From positions 9,610,001 to 9,674,000 of the forward strand of contig CM120643.1 of assembly GCA_051362555.1 (NCBI GenBank): a DNA stretch of 64,000 nucleotides, written 5' to 3'. A program made the translations under genes and the position numbers. This document shows, in pieces, positions 11,965-24,100 of the stretch. The notes beneath the pieces are model-generated. The model did not search any database. It worked only from the letters and a program-made list of their open reading frames with translations, and was not told the origin of the DNA. The DNA comes from Lingula anatina. Its lineage: Eukaryota; Animalia; Brachiopoda. Numbering within the stretch: the first letter of the stretch is position 1; every line of letters starts with the position of its first letter.

Positions 11965-14900
11965 ATGGAGTTTATAAAGAAAAGAGGTCTTTGCCTAAGC
12001 TGCCTTAGAAACGGTCACTTAGCCAAGGAGTGTAAAAGGAAGGAACAATGCAGTAGATGTGGTCGTAAACACCCTGCCATACTACATGGGGACTACGAAG
12101 CCCTACACCCAGAAGATCAACATGTAAGAACATTGTCAAGTACTTGCCAAGAGGGAGCTATCAGTTCAATGACAATTCCAGTCTATGTATCTGTAGGAAA
12201 TTCCGGGAATGAAATCCTGACATATGCTCTTCTAGATAGTCAAAGTGATGTTACATTCATTAGCGACGAGTTAGCAGCCAAGCTGAATGCAGAAAGCGTA
12301 CCTACAAGTATCAGGATTTCAACAGTCAACTCCAGCTATGTAGTCAAAACTTCAAAGGTTCCAGGATTGACTGTAAGAGGTTTTAACTTAACAGAAACTA
12401 TAGCACTACCAACCTGTTATACAAGAGAAAACATACCATTCAACAAGAAACATGTACCTAGACCATCGGATGCAAGAAGATGGAATCATCTGCAAAATAT
12501 ACAGAGCCAAATTGCACCGCTCCAGAATTGCGACGCAGGTTTACTTATAGGTTACAACTGCTCTCGTGCATTGGTACCCCTTAGTGTCAGAGTAGGAGCA
12601 AACGAGGAACCCTATGGAATACAGACACCCCTGGGATGGAGCGTCGTGGGAAGGACCAGACGAGAAGACACAGATGAATATCACCTCAGTCACAGAGTGA
12701 TGAGGAAAGAAATACAAAGGGATTTGAGAGTCGATGATAGAGGAGAAGTGACTTTTGTCCACAGAACAAAGGTTAAAGAGACAGTAACTGAGCCAGAGAT
12801 AATTCAGTTACTGGAAGCGGACTTCAGGGATGAGCACAAGTCAGAAGATTCCTTGTCCCAGGATGACTTGAAGTTCTTAAAGAAGATGAAAGACACAATC
12901 TATCAAGACCAAGACAATTTCTATACCATGCCTCTACCGTTTAGAACTGATGCCCCACAGTTGCCTGACAACATGCCCATGGCCATGAGAAGACTTGAGC
13001 ATCTTAGAAAGAAATTTGCAGACAAAGAATTTGCCGCCGAATATAAGAAGTTCATGGACACAATGATAGAAAGCGGAGAAGCTGAACCTGTTCCAGATAA
13101 AGATGTAGCTGGAGGACACAGATGGGTCGTGCCACACCATGGAGTTTACCATAAACGTAAAGGAAAGCTCAGGGTAGTATTTGACTGCGCAGCGAGATAT
13201 AAGAACATTAACCTGAATGAGAACCTCATCTCAGGTCCAGACCTCACCAACAGTCTGATAGGATGTCTCCTGAGATTCAGAGAGGGATCAGTAGCCGTTG
13301 TAGGAGACATAGAACGAATGTTTTATCGGTTCAAGGTAGACCCACGAGATCGTAACTACTTCCAGTTCCTGTGGTGGGATGGAGACCTAGAAGGCACACC
13401 TAAGCTATTTAGGATGACAGTTCACCTGTTTGGAGCTGCCAGTTCCCCTGCGTGTGCTAACTTTGCTTTGAAACAACTGGTTGAAGACCATGGAGAAGAA
13501 TTTGATGAGAAGGTTTGCTGGGTAGCTGGTAATTGCCTTTACGTAGACGACTTGTTATTAAGCATTGATTCTGCTGAGGAGGCAAAGCAGCTTATTGAAG
13601 GCGTACGTCAGCTATTTCAGAAAGCAAATATAAGACTTCACAAGTTTATTAGCAACAACCAAGAAGTTTTGGAGAGTATTCCCGTATCAGAAAGAGGGAC
13701 ACAGAGCACCACTGTTGATTTGCCTTTACCTGCCACAGAGAGAGTATTGGGAATTCAGTGGGATACCCATAGCGACCAGCTCAGCTTTCAGTTAACACTG
13801 AATGAAAGACCGATGACTAGAAGAGGAATTCTTTCGACTGTTGCCTCTGTCTATGATCCCCTGGGTTGTATAGCACCATTTATCCTATTAGGCAAACAGA
13901 TACTGCAGGAGATGTGTGCGTCCAAAGCCAGCTGGGATGATCCAATATCAGAAGAACTCAGACCAAGATGGGAGAAATGGCTGCGTGAATTGCCAAAGCT
14001 AGCGGAAATTCATTTATCAAGATGCTATATTCCCCAAGACTTTGGAAAAATTGTCACAGCAGAGATACACCACTTTTCGGACGCAAGTACCAGAGGATAT
14101 GGCCAATGCTCCTACCTTCGAGTAGTGAATAACAAAAACGAGTGCCACTGCTGTATCATGTTGGGCAAATCTCGAGTCGCGCCACTCAAGATTACTACAA
14201 TTCCGAGATTAGAGCTTACAGCAGCCACAATGTCGACCAAGATGAGTACTCTGCTGAAGTCTGAAATAACCTATGAAAACCTCAAGGAGTATTTCTGGAC
14301 AGACTCCAAGATAGTGCTAGGATATTTGAAGAACAATGTAAGAAGATTTCATGTCTTCGTAGCCAACAGGATTCAGACGATTCAAAACGCTTCTGACCCT
14401 AGTCAGTGGCACTACGTGCCAACCAATGATAACCCGGCCGACCATGCTTCTAGAGGGCTGTATCCAGAGGAACTGATGGCATCAAATTGGTTTAAAGGCC
14501 CAGAATTCCTGAGAAACCCAGTTCTAAGCATGGTAGAGGAAAATCCAGAGGTTGATCCAAATGATCCAGAGTTGAAGAAAGCAACAGTAAATGCAGTGGA
14601 GACTACAGAAAAGGCAGGAACATTTACACAGAAGCTCAATAGATTTTCATCCTGGACCAATGCCATTACAGCAGTGACAACCATTAGAAAACGTCTACTC
14701 AAAATGGGTTCATCATTGTCTGCTGACCGACGAAAGGCAGAACTTGCTATTCTTAAGCTGCTTCAGGCTGAACGGTTCCAAGACGAAATTAGGCAAATCA
14801 AAGATGGATCGCTTCCGAAGAAAAACCCTCTCTCCAAGCTGGATCCTTATATTGACGAAGAAGGAACCCTGCGAGTAGGAGGACGTCTCACACGATCCTC

Positions 14901-16119
14901 ACTGTCTTACGAAGTACAACACCCTGTAATTTTGCCAAAGTCAGGACATATTGTAGACCTAATTGTGCGTCATTGCCATCAGAAGGTAGCCCACCAGGGA
15001 AGAGGTTTTACTCTGAATGAGATACGTTGCCAAGGGTACTATATCATTGGTATAGGCAAGACGGTTGCTTCTGCAATACACAGATGCGTAACCTGTAGAA
15101 AAAACAGGGGCAAAAGTGAAGAACAGAGGATGTCAGATTTACCAAAGGATCGAACAGAACCTTCACCCCCATTCAGTTACTGTGGCATTGATTGCTTTGG
15201 CCCCTTCCCTGTGAAAGAAGGTCGCCGTGAAGTTAAGCGATATGGATTGATAGTGACCTGCATGGCGTCGAGAGCAGTACACATCGAATGCCTGGATGAC
15301 ATGACGACAGATAGTTTCATAAATGCTTTAAGATGTGTGATAGCTTTGAGGGGTCCTATACGGCAAATCAGATGTGATCAGGGATCAAATTTTATCGGAG
15401 CAAGAGTGCTTTTAGATAAATCACTAGAAGAGGTCAAAAATGACGAGTTGAAGAAATTTATGATTGAGAACAAGTGTGATTTTGTGTTTAACAGCCCACA
15501 CTCAAGCCATATGGGAGGTGTGTGGGAGCGACACATTAGAACCATCAGAAGTATACTAGCAGCAATGTTGGAGCAACATGGTTCTCGTATTGACACAACC
15601 ACCTTAAGAACCTTCCTATATGAAGTCATGGCCATTATTAACTGTCGACCTTTGACCGTACAGAACCTACATGATCCACTTGGTCTAGAATCACTTACTG
15701 CGAACCATTTGTTGACAATGAAGCCAAAGGTAATATTGCCATTGGGAGAGTTTGGACCTGAGCACCTGTATGCAAGGCAAAGATGGCGCCAAGTACAAGT
15801 GTTAGCGGATAATTTCTGGAGTCGCTGGAGGAAGGAATACCTTCTTAATTTGCAACAACGAACAAAGTGGAATGAGAAACGAAGAAACCTAGGAGTGGGA
15901 GACATTGTTTTGCTCAAAGATGAAGGATTATACAGAGGAGACTGGCGACTTGCCAGAGTAACAGAGGCGAACATAGATGAGGATGGATTAGTTCGCAAAG
16001 TGAAGATTCTTTTGGGGAATCGTGATCTTTCTGCCAAAGGCATCCCCTCCTCTACGTCTACTATATTAGAACGTCCAATCCATAAACTAGTTTTGTTGTT
16101 AGAAGGGGATAAGTTGTAA
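11965..16119 (+). CDS. BEL/Pao polyprotein: zinc knuckles, aspartic protease, RT, RNase H, integrase
   Basis: CLSCLRNGHLAKEC; ALLDSQS; LRVVFDC..GPDL..DIERMF..YVDD; HHFSDAS..PRLEL..WTDS; HH-CC, IDCFGP..CDQGSNF..GGVWER. Confidence 0.97.
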   Translation: MEFIKKRGLCLSCLRNGHLAKECKRKEQCSRCGRKHPAILHGDYEALHPEDQHVRTLSSTCQEGAISSMTIPVYVSVGNSGNEILTYALLDSQSDVTFISDELAAKLNAESVPTSIRISTVNSSYVVKTSKVPGLTVRGFNLTETIALPTCYTRENIPFNKKHVPRPSDARRWNHLQNIQSQIAPLQNCDAGLLIGYNCSRALVPLSVRVGANEEPYGIQTPLGWSVVGRTRREDTDEYHLSHRVMRKEIQRDLRVDDRGEVTFVHRTKVKETVTEPEIIQLLEADFRDEHKSEDSLSQDDLKFLKKMKDTIYQDQDNFYTMPLPFRTDAPQLPDNMPMAMRRLEHLRKKFADKEFAAEYKKFMDTMIESGEAEPVPDKDVAGGHRWVVPHHGVYHKRKGKLRVVFDCAARYKNINLNENLISGPDLTNSLIGCLLRFREGSVAVVGDIERMFYRFKVDPRDRNYFQFLWWDGDLEGTPKLFRMTVHLFGAASSPACANFALKQLVEDHGEEFDEKVCWVAGNCLYVDDLLLSIDSAEEAKQLIEGVRQLFQKANIRLHKFISNNQEVLESIPVSERGTQSTTVDLPLPATERVLGIQWDTHSDQLSFQLTLNERPMTRRGILSTVASVYDPLGCIAPFILLGKQILQEMCASKASWDDPISEELRPRWEKWLRELPKLAEIHLSRCYIPQDFGKIVTAEIHHFSDASTRGYGQCSYLRVVNNKNECHCCIMLGKSRVAPLKITTIPRLELTAATMSTKMSTLLKSEITYENLKEYFWTDSKIVLGYLKNNVRRFHVFVANRIQTIQNASDPSQWHYVPTNDNPADHASRGLYPEELMASNWFKGPEFLRNPVLSMVEENPEVDPNDPELKKATVNAVETTEKAGTFTQKLNRFSSWTNAITAVTTIRKRLLKMGSSLSADRRKAELAILKLLQAERFQDEIRQIKDGSLPKKNPLSKLDPYIDEEGTLRVGGRLTRSSLSYEVQHPVILPKSGHIVDLIVRHCHQKVAHQGRGFTLNEIRCQGYYIIGIGKTVASAIHRCVTCRKNRGKSEEQRMSDLPKDRTEPSPPFSYCGIDCFGPFPVKEGRREVKRYGLIVTCMASRAVHIECLDDMTTDSFINALRCVIALRGPIRQIRCDQGSNFIGARVLLDKSLEEVKNDELKKFMIENKCDFVFNSPHSSHMGGVWERHIRTIRSILAAMLEQHGSRIDTTTLRTFLYEVMAIINCRPLTVQNLHDPLGLESLTANHLLTMKPKVILPLGEFGPEHLYARQRWRQVQVLADNFWSRWRKEYLLNLQQRTKWNEKRRNLGVGDIVLLKDEGLYRGDWRLARVTEANIDEDGLVRKVKILLGNRDLSAKGIPSSTSTILERPIHKLVLLLEGDKL

Positions 16120-16320
16120 GTTTTCCATAGAATAATGTTCGAGTATGGTTTTGTGATACATGATGTTCAAAGAACTGTTAAGTGAAGATCTAATGGTATT
16201 TGGGAGTACCAAAGCTATTGTATAGTGAGTTAATAGTTACAGTTTACCAGTTACATTGTTTCATGTGTAAGTTAGTTTTGTTTGTTTGTATAGAAAATCA
16301 ATTAGATTTTGGCTGGGGAG

Positions 16321-17145
16321 TGTTACTGCCAGAGCAGTGTTTTATAGATAAATCTTATTTCTTTACTTCGGACGCGCTACTCACTTGTTTGTCGCATCGG
16401 TGTTGAATAACAATTGTTTTTAGCGCGCTTATGATAATGATGGGATAGAATGTGATTCCATGTGGAATGAGATCGGCTGATATTAAATGCTGAGACAGCC
16501 GTAATTACAAGTGTTTTTGTAACAGGAATCTGGCCCATAAGGTTAGCAATTAATTTTAAGTTATGAAAGTTCATTTAAAGATAATTGCGAGAAGATAAAA
16601 TTAGTTTTCCATTGTAAACTGCAACTTTCAGTAGCGTTAGAAATGCCGGTCTGATGTACAATGCACAGTACATGTAACACAATCACTGTGCCTTTCAGTA
16701 TTGGAGTAAAGAAAGTTCAGTAAAGTGTAGTGTATTGTTTAGAAACGAGAATGTAGCTGTACTAGTTGCGAGTTAAATATTGTTTGTTTTATGTTCGTAA
16801 TCAATGTTATTTTAAAAAGCGTATTTTTTCATTGTGTTAGTTGCGCCAGATGAGATTTACTACACAATCATTTAGAACCCAGTCGCTTGCATTACACTAG
16901 AATAGCCCAAAGTCGGTAAGAGTTACTTATATTTTGAAGATAAAGATAGGATAACATGCAACTGTTAAGTAAAGATGTTATTTAAGCGACTTAATAGCAT
17001 CATATAAAAGAACTAGGGCAAGAATATGAGATGATTTACTTATTTTATTTCAATTATTTTTTCAGTTGACGGTTTAAGGTTTAATAAATCAGTAAAAACG
17101 ACGCAAAGCTGTTGTTGTTGTGTGTGAGTATTGCAAGTGGCTACA
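16321..17145 (+). repeat. 3' LTR
   Basis: Direct repeat of 9408-10232, same length. Confidence 0.97.
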
Positions 17146-17456
17146 GAGAGATAGGGGTTCAGTAGCAATAAGCATTGATAAAATTACACATACATCTTCT
17201 CTTCCTAATGTCTGGCATGATTTCTTAAAGAATAGGTCCAACAAAAGTAAATTAGTAAGTTATTTAGGTGCAACTTTATTGCAGATTCATAGTGAACAGG
17301 AACACTTTAATGAAAATGCAAAACTATTTGTAAGTGGCTGTTTTGATGGCACGTGTAAGGTAGCTGTTCGTGGAAATATTAGGGAAGATCCTTCATTCAG
17401 TTCCAATCATGAAGAGGGTTACAGTTTAGATATTATTATCCTTTCACCAGATACTG

Positions 17457-18189
17457 GCCCCCGTTTCACAAAAAAACTTAAGTCGGTTTCCCTGACTTAT
17501 GGCTTGGTTACCAACGTAATTAAGTCGTTACGTCACTAAGTCCCGTTTCACAAAGAATCTAAAAGGTCGCTTACGTCGTTTTTTTCTTAGCCGTAAGTCG
17601 ACAATGTCAAGCCTCCTCGGGAGGAGACTTAAGTCGGCAAGCTCAACTAAAACTCGGTAAATGAGAGCATAAACAACAAAAATTTGGAAAGAACATACCT
17701 CCTTCAAGATATTGTGTTATAATATCCTTGAATAGCACTGACATTTATGGAATATTAAAATAAAAAATAAAATTCCACTTTACCCAGCCGATCGCGTGTT
17801 TGTTTATGTTTTTGACCGCTAGACGTCCCTCAGTAGTGTTCCACGACAAGCTAATGTTTAACTGTTACTTTGAAGTTGTATTGAAGTTAAACTTATCAAT
17901 AAAGTTCAAAAACAAACTTTGTTTGTGTTTTGGCTGACTTTTATTGTTGATAAACGATCGTTCTCGGCTGAAAGAGGCCATGAAACGTCATGTCTTGTGA
18001 AACTTTTGCAATTTACACCTCCTTTTCTTGAAGAGTTTCTCGTGCGCGTCGACTACGGTAAGCACGCCAAGCTAAGACGTTAGATTCTTTGTGAAACACT
18101 CCAAGTCGACTTCAGCTAAGTCGACCTAGCTAGGCCACCCAGCTCGAGTAAGACGTCTACGGATTTAAGATTCTTTGTGAAACGGGGGC
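17457..18189 (+). mobile_element. Harbinger MITE (family H1, sharing ends with the 44549-50471 element)
   Basis: TIR GCCCCCGTTTCACAAA / TTTGTGAAACGGGGGC; TSD CTG. Removal restores the SPDT-D motif of the Academ XPG domain. Confidence 0.95.
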
Positions 18190-20262
18190 CTGATGACTTA
18201 GAAATAGGACTAGGCCTGTTTGATAGTAGGGAGTACAGGAATAAGCATGTTTTTATTAAAGTAGGGCTCAAACCTTATGAGGATATTTATGTGGATGTAA
18301 AAAAATTGCATCTTTGTCTGGTTTCTGATCCTGATTTAGGTACTTTAGACAGGGAAAATGTTGGTAAAATTATGCAGGTTTTATTTATTTCCTCAGGTTG
18401 CGATTTTGTTTCATTCTTCAGAGGATTTGGTAAGAAAAGCTTCTATACCACTTTCTATAGGTATGCAGACTTCATATCAGGAAGTAGGGCTGTGGGGTCT
18501 CTTGACCAAGTAGGCATAGGAGATTTTAAAAATGGACTTCTTGCTTTTTGCCGACTTTTAGGATTTTAAAAAATGTTGTAATGCATTTTTGCATACTAAC
18601 CCAGATTGCAACCCAGTCAGTTATTTCAGAAGTTTATATGATAATAGTAAGACTTATATAGACAATGTACATTGCTGGTTAGCTAATATCAGGTCTGCAT
18701 TGCTGGATACAGAGCCTCTAGAGCATGTTTTGCCACAAAATGACACTGGCTTAGGTCTTGTTATATTAGTCAGATGTGGAAACAGTTAGGTCAAAACCAG
18801 ATAGAATATTTGGATGTTTTGGAATGGGGGTATGAAGTTATAGATGGGACACTTAGGTATAAGTTTGTTACTGATCAGGTAAATGAGGTAGTACAAGGTA
18901 ATTATAATTTTTTAATGAAAGGCTGTAGTTGTAGGTATGCAGACAGTGCATGTGGGAATAGGTGTGGGTGTAGGCATAAAAAAGGGTATGTGGTCTTAGT
19001 TGTAAATGTGGAGGGGAATGTCTTAATAGTGTAGAGAATTTAAACAGTGAGGAAGTATTGATAGAAAATAGTGACAATGAGAATAGTGATAGTGATGCTG
19101 AAGACCTTTTTTAATTAGCAAATTTGTAGAGAAAATAATATTTAGATGATAATTATATATTATTAGATAGATTTAAAACAAACTATTTCCAACAGATTCT
19201 TCAAGATATTAAAAGTAAATGTTTATCATTTCAGTTTTTAAAATGGCTTTGGAGGCCAAGTTGAACATGCAGTGGACTTCGTGTGCTGATCAAAGATGTG
19301 GAGAAAGAGGAACAACATAAATAATAATTGAATTGCCAAATAGACATGAACTGGATTTTTTGGCTACAGACTGATAACACACAGAAATAAGGTCGCGCGA
19401 CAAGGTTATTTTCAGTTGCACCCTGGATTACGCACGCTTGCTCCGCAAGGTGTCGCCTGTGGAGGGGGGGGGGGCGGCAAAGCCCATATGGTTACTGTGG
19501 CGAAGGTGACAGGTACTTCCAAACATTTTTTCATAACTGTCTTTATTCCTCATTCTATTCACAAATTTGATATTTACGGCAATGGAAAATGTGGCACTGA
19601 CAAAAGTGGGTCTTGGTGCGTTGACAGGCCGCACAGGTGTCCCCAATTAACCGCCGCCAGAGAAAAGACCCCAAGCATTAAACAACACGACCTGTAGATA
19701 TTGGAAATTTGGCAAAAGTTAAGCAACTGAGGCTTTGGAGATTTGGGCAGAAATCGAGAGGAATATCCAGTGACATGCCAAACCTCTAAGTTCAAGTCTT
19801 GGCCCCTGTCATCAGTAACGCACCCCTTAGTCAAGAATCTGAACAAATCAATGTTGGGCAGGTATGCTCTATTTTCTACAGGCGTTTTGTGATTTTATCA
19901 ACTTGATTGGCAAGTGCCAGACCTTTTGTTCCCCGGTACTAGTAGCAAACTTTATCAGATAACAATCTGACACTATGTTGCACTAACAGCGCTGTAAACC
20001 CAGTTATCAATGCTGTCATCTTTACCAGTATCTTTACCGGTATTATGCCAGTGGTACGTTTGCTACATTTGAGTAAGGCAATATGCTTTGATGCTTATAT
20101 TTATTTGTAATACGTTAGCATCAACCTGTTAATAAAAACTTGGAAACTTTCAATGTTATTACACAATAACAGTATAATGGTGGGAGATGTTATGATTAAA
20201 TGCTTAGAAGAAATAATAAGAACAGATTATGTGAAATATAAAATGAATTTATTTTATTTGGG

Positions 20263-20301
<39 letters not shown>

Positions 20302-20729
20302 TTTCAAACCAATTAATTATCAAACATGAAGCTTATTTTTAGAAACATTAACAGATATTACTGCAATATAACCCTGCTGGTACACAGATCTACAGTTCTA
20401 AAATGCAAATACCTTTCACACACCACTGATGAAATGTGAATAATCATATGTATAAAGCAATAAAAATATCACAAAATGCGTGTAGGCAAGATATTTCTAC
20501 AAGTAACCTCATTAATCACTCGGGAAACTTCATAATGCATTTAATAAATGTAGAAATTTAAGCAAAAGAAATTCTACATACAGGCATAACAGATTTATCA
20601 TATATTGCCACCAACCCTAAACTGAATGGGCATAGAAAGAACAAAGTGAATCTCCCTCCCATTAAAAATGAATAATAAAAAAAATAATAATAAAAACAGA
20701 TACTGTCAGTCTTAATACTGAAAAACAAT

Positions 20730-21110
20730 GGCATCTTGCAGTCTTCACTGCCTCACTATTTGCAGACAATGATCTAGTCACTTTAACTGTGTACTTTTGA
20801 TGAGGCATAGATGCAAGAATAACTTTGAAGTATATTGTGAAGGTCTCTTTTGTCATAAATCTGCCACGTATAACCTGAATGCACATATTGCAATTCACAC
20901 CGCAGCAGCTTGTCTTAGTAAGGACTCAACCAGTTGAAAACTTGAGGCACAGCTTCAGGGACAAGATCACACCATCTACCCTTGCTGTGATGATGGATCT
21001 ACTAGTACATTATCTATGTCTTGTCCTCCTAGTTTCTCTTATACCATTTCCCCTGATCTATGCTCACATCAATCTCTACAACTTTACCAACAGCTACACA
21101 TTTTTTACAT
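20730..21110 (-). pseudogene. Possible degenerate SWIM-finger ORF fragment of a DNA transposon
   Basis: KVILASMPHQKYTVKVTRSLSANSEAVKTARCHC resembles the V.xSM..Y.V.V....A.C.C lead-in to transposon-associated SWIM fingers. It is truncated before the second C/H pair. Confidence 0.35.
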
Positions 21111-24100
21111 CTGAAAGTATAAAGCCAAAATTGTAATAAAGCACTATCAATTTACTTGTTATATATTGATTTGAGGGCAAAAGAAAAAGGCAGCAACCCC
21201 GTATCATAATCAAGATAACTGAAAATCAAATATGCATAATCAAATAGCTTTAATTGTATATACTACTGATGATTTAATCTTTTAAACTTCAGCATAAATT
21301 TTGACTTTCTCTTGTTAAAGCATAGCCACTTTATCAAAATGTGCTTGAACAAATAATAATAATAAACAACCTGCACACATGATGGAATATGGAGGTCAAT
21401 TGCCACAAAATAAGTTGATTTGTACTTGGTAGCCTGAGAAATAGTATCAGGTATTTATTTGAGCAGTAATAATACCACAGAGTTAACAACGACACAAGCA
21501 TATGGTGTTATGTAACAAAATTCATGCATTACTTGCTGTGGCAGTGTCCTCCTCAACCTATCGTGCACCGCAGGTTTTGATTTTCAATGTCATCAAAAAT
21601 TTTTCTTGTTGTTAGTTTGAACTATGTATCTGCTATTCAAATAATATCGTTTGGAAAATAACTAACTGATTTAATTATGCTTTTGCAACATGAAATTATC
21701 ATTAACTTTGCCGGTTCACGTGTACACAGTACAATGTACCTTGCTATAAGTGCTGCTCTTTTCTCCCCAACTCGCCACTGACAGGCTAACCACATCGTTT
21801 CAAAACAACGTTGGTATGCTCCTTTACTTTTGGTGTTGGCAGTTTCGCCCCGGGGACATCGTTTTCGGTTAAAAACAACGTATCGTTTTCACCCATCTTT
21901 GCATTGCTCCTGCACAAAATGTCCGCTTGCTGCCCCCCAAGGGAAAAATCGTAGCACGTGGGTAGTTACGCAAGACCTGTGACGTATAACGCGCGCAAGG
22001 TTGTTGAACTGGGACCTTGAATATGACTTAGACTGTTGTACATTTTGCATATACCCAGGATATTTTTAGTCACACTAAGGACAAAGTTACTGATATGGAC
22101 AGTGATATGTTCCATGGAGACTGCTGCACAGAAAATTTGATAAAACATATCGTAATATTCAATGAACACATATTATAGTTTCCTTTAATAACTTATAAAT
22201 TAGCTTATATATATATATTTGTAAAATAACTTCAAACTTATTATTTTTGTTTTGCTCTGTTCCATTTAATAAAGATGATAGATGTTTGTTACATTATATT
22301 CAAGTCCTTATGACAGCGGGATTAATTGTTGCTTTTTATTGTTGCCTATTAAAATTTATATTATTTTAAATTGTGATTTGGGTGCTGAAATGTTAACCCT
22401 TGTTAATGTTTTTTCCTGTATTTGGTAGTGATTAATTTTAATTATTCATTTATCTTTGGTCATTTTTAAACAGTATGGATTGAATAAAAATATACAGATG
22501 TAAAATTGAAGTACATGAAATAAATTTTTTTATGTTCAAAAATGTTGTTTCTGAGTTCTATTTCATTATTCTGAATAAAATTCTAACCTTTACTAATTAA
22601 AAATAAATATAAAAATAATAATAATGTTACATTCCTGTAAAGCATTAAAAACGGGGTAAATATTGTGAAAATGAAACGAAAATAGTAATAAGATTGGTTT
22701 CTATTTGATGTCAAAAAATCCTAGTAAACTGCTGGTTGCTCTCGTCTTGGAGCTTGCATGACGTCATTGCATGGCGGCTTTCTCTGGCCGATCAATGGTT
22801 CGCAAGTCGCTTGTCAATGACGGCTGGTAAATTTGTTTACAAATATAAATTTTAAAGATTTTTCGTGAAGCTTGAGACGAATGAAAATTACATTCAGCGA
22901 TGACTGGAAAATCCCGCACACTCTCTAGGTATTGAGTTAAAGCAAATGTTATGCTGTTGTTATGCTAGAAAATCACCGTGACGTTATAATTTAGCGCTGA
23001 TTCATTCTATTAATTCTTCCTCTGAAATGTTGCCCCAATCAATAAAAATGAAGCTTACATACCCGTCTATAATGTCTTGTACTTGAAAGTTAAAAGACAT
23101 AATATAGAAAAAAATTATCGGCATTTTTCATTGAAATTAGCGTTTTTTTCACAAAACGAACGCGACGCAACGTAATGGCGCGTGAAAAAACGACGTAAAA
23201 TCCCTACGCCGTGACAGTATGTGTCCTATAGTAGGCTTGTTAAGGGGTCAAACGCTGCATTTTATAGTACAAATGTCTAACTTGGCATAAATGTTCCTTG
23301 GGCCAAAAGAAAATTTTTTATCCAAAGAGACGCGCTCTATCGATTCATAAATTAGCATAAAATATGCAAATTAGGTGCCAAAATATATAATATTTCATAT
23401 TCCCATTAATTTTTGGTCTAGAAACATGTATAGATTATCAAACCTGACTAAATTAGGGACAAGGAACCCATTTTTGATCATTTGGAAGCAATTGGTGGCC
23501 ATTTTGTGCCTCAAATCCAAGATGGCCGCCACCCGCCATTTTGAAAGTGGACATAATTTTGCTATTTTATGTTGAATTTTGAAGCGTTTGATCTATATAT
23601 ACTTGATATAATATCGATTCCTACTATTTTGGGGATGAAAAAGTCATTTTGGATATTGTTTTGGTGATAGTAGGTGATTTGAATGGACAAAGAGGGTGTT
23701 TTAAGTGCCTACCACATATGTGTGAACGCTGCAAAACCATGGATATTGATAACCCGTATTCAAATATATCTCAATGCAAATTTTTTGTTATATACCATTG
23801 CTATTGGACTATATTATGAGCAAAAAAAAAAAAAACACATTTTTACCATTATGGAGGCCATTGGTGGCCGTTTTATCCCTCAAATCCAAGATGGCCGCCA
23901 AAACCATTTTGAACTTGAGCATAATTCGCTATTTTGAAACTACATGTACTACATCTTTGTAAATGAGTAATACGTCGTTTTATATGATTTTCTGGTGCAG
24001 AATACATTATTTGTTTCTTAAAATTTGTGCCTCAAATTCAAGATGGCCTTCATACGCCATTTTCAAATTGAGCATTATTCACCATTTTGAAACTATCACA

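Larger units (their letters stand above)
9408..17145 (+). mobile_element. Full-length BEL/Pao LTR retrotransposon
   Basis: Two 825-bp LTRs (TGTTAC...GCTACA). 5-bp TSD GAGAG at 9403-9407 and 17146-17150. Purine tract GGCTGGGGAG precedes the 3' LTR. Internal gag-pol has Pao-type motifs. Confidence 0.98.
7..19114 (+). pseudogene. Degenerate Academ (AcademX-type) transposon polyprotein gene, frameshifted and split by four nested insertions
   Basis: Collinear ORF pieces carry the Academ transposase motifs SVDNVD..FHGT (4510-4600), VVGDAKLY..LLPYIGDWH (7735-7840) and IALDEAHE..INR (8470-8510). These are followed by XPG/PIN motifs VLDAM, VHVVFD..KQVERDRR, W..FL..RSNK..L, NHEEG, SPDTD, SGCDFVSFFRGFGKK and a C-terminal Cys-rich finger (GCSC..C..RCGC..C.C..C) with an acidic tail ending in TAA at 19112-19114. 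Element termini were not located. Confidence 0.85.

Noticed and set aside
14412-16043. Minus-strand ORFs in BEL pol, or an env gene
   Set aside because: Antisense shadows; only ~200 bp separate the pol stop from the 3' LTR, leaving no room for env.
19120-20060. Right terminus of the large Academ element
   Set aside because: Cannot be fixed without the left TIR, which lies outside the window.
23375-23962. Short ORFs duplicated at 31767-32387
   Set aside because: Chance ORFs within the long TIRs, with no protein motifs.
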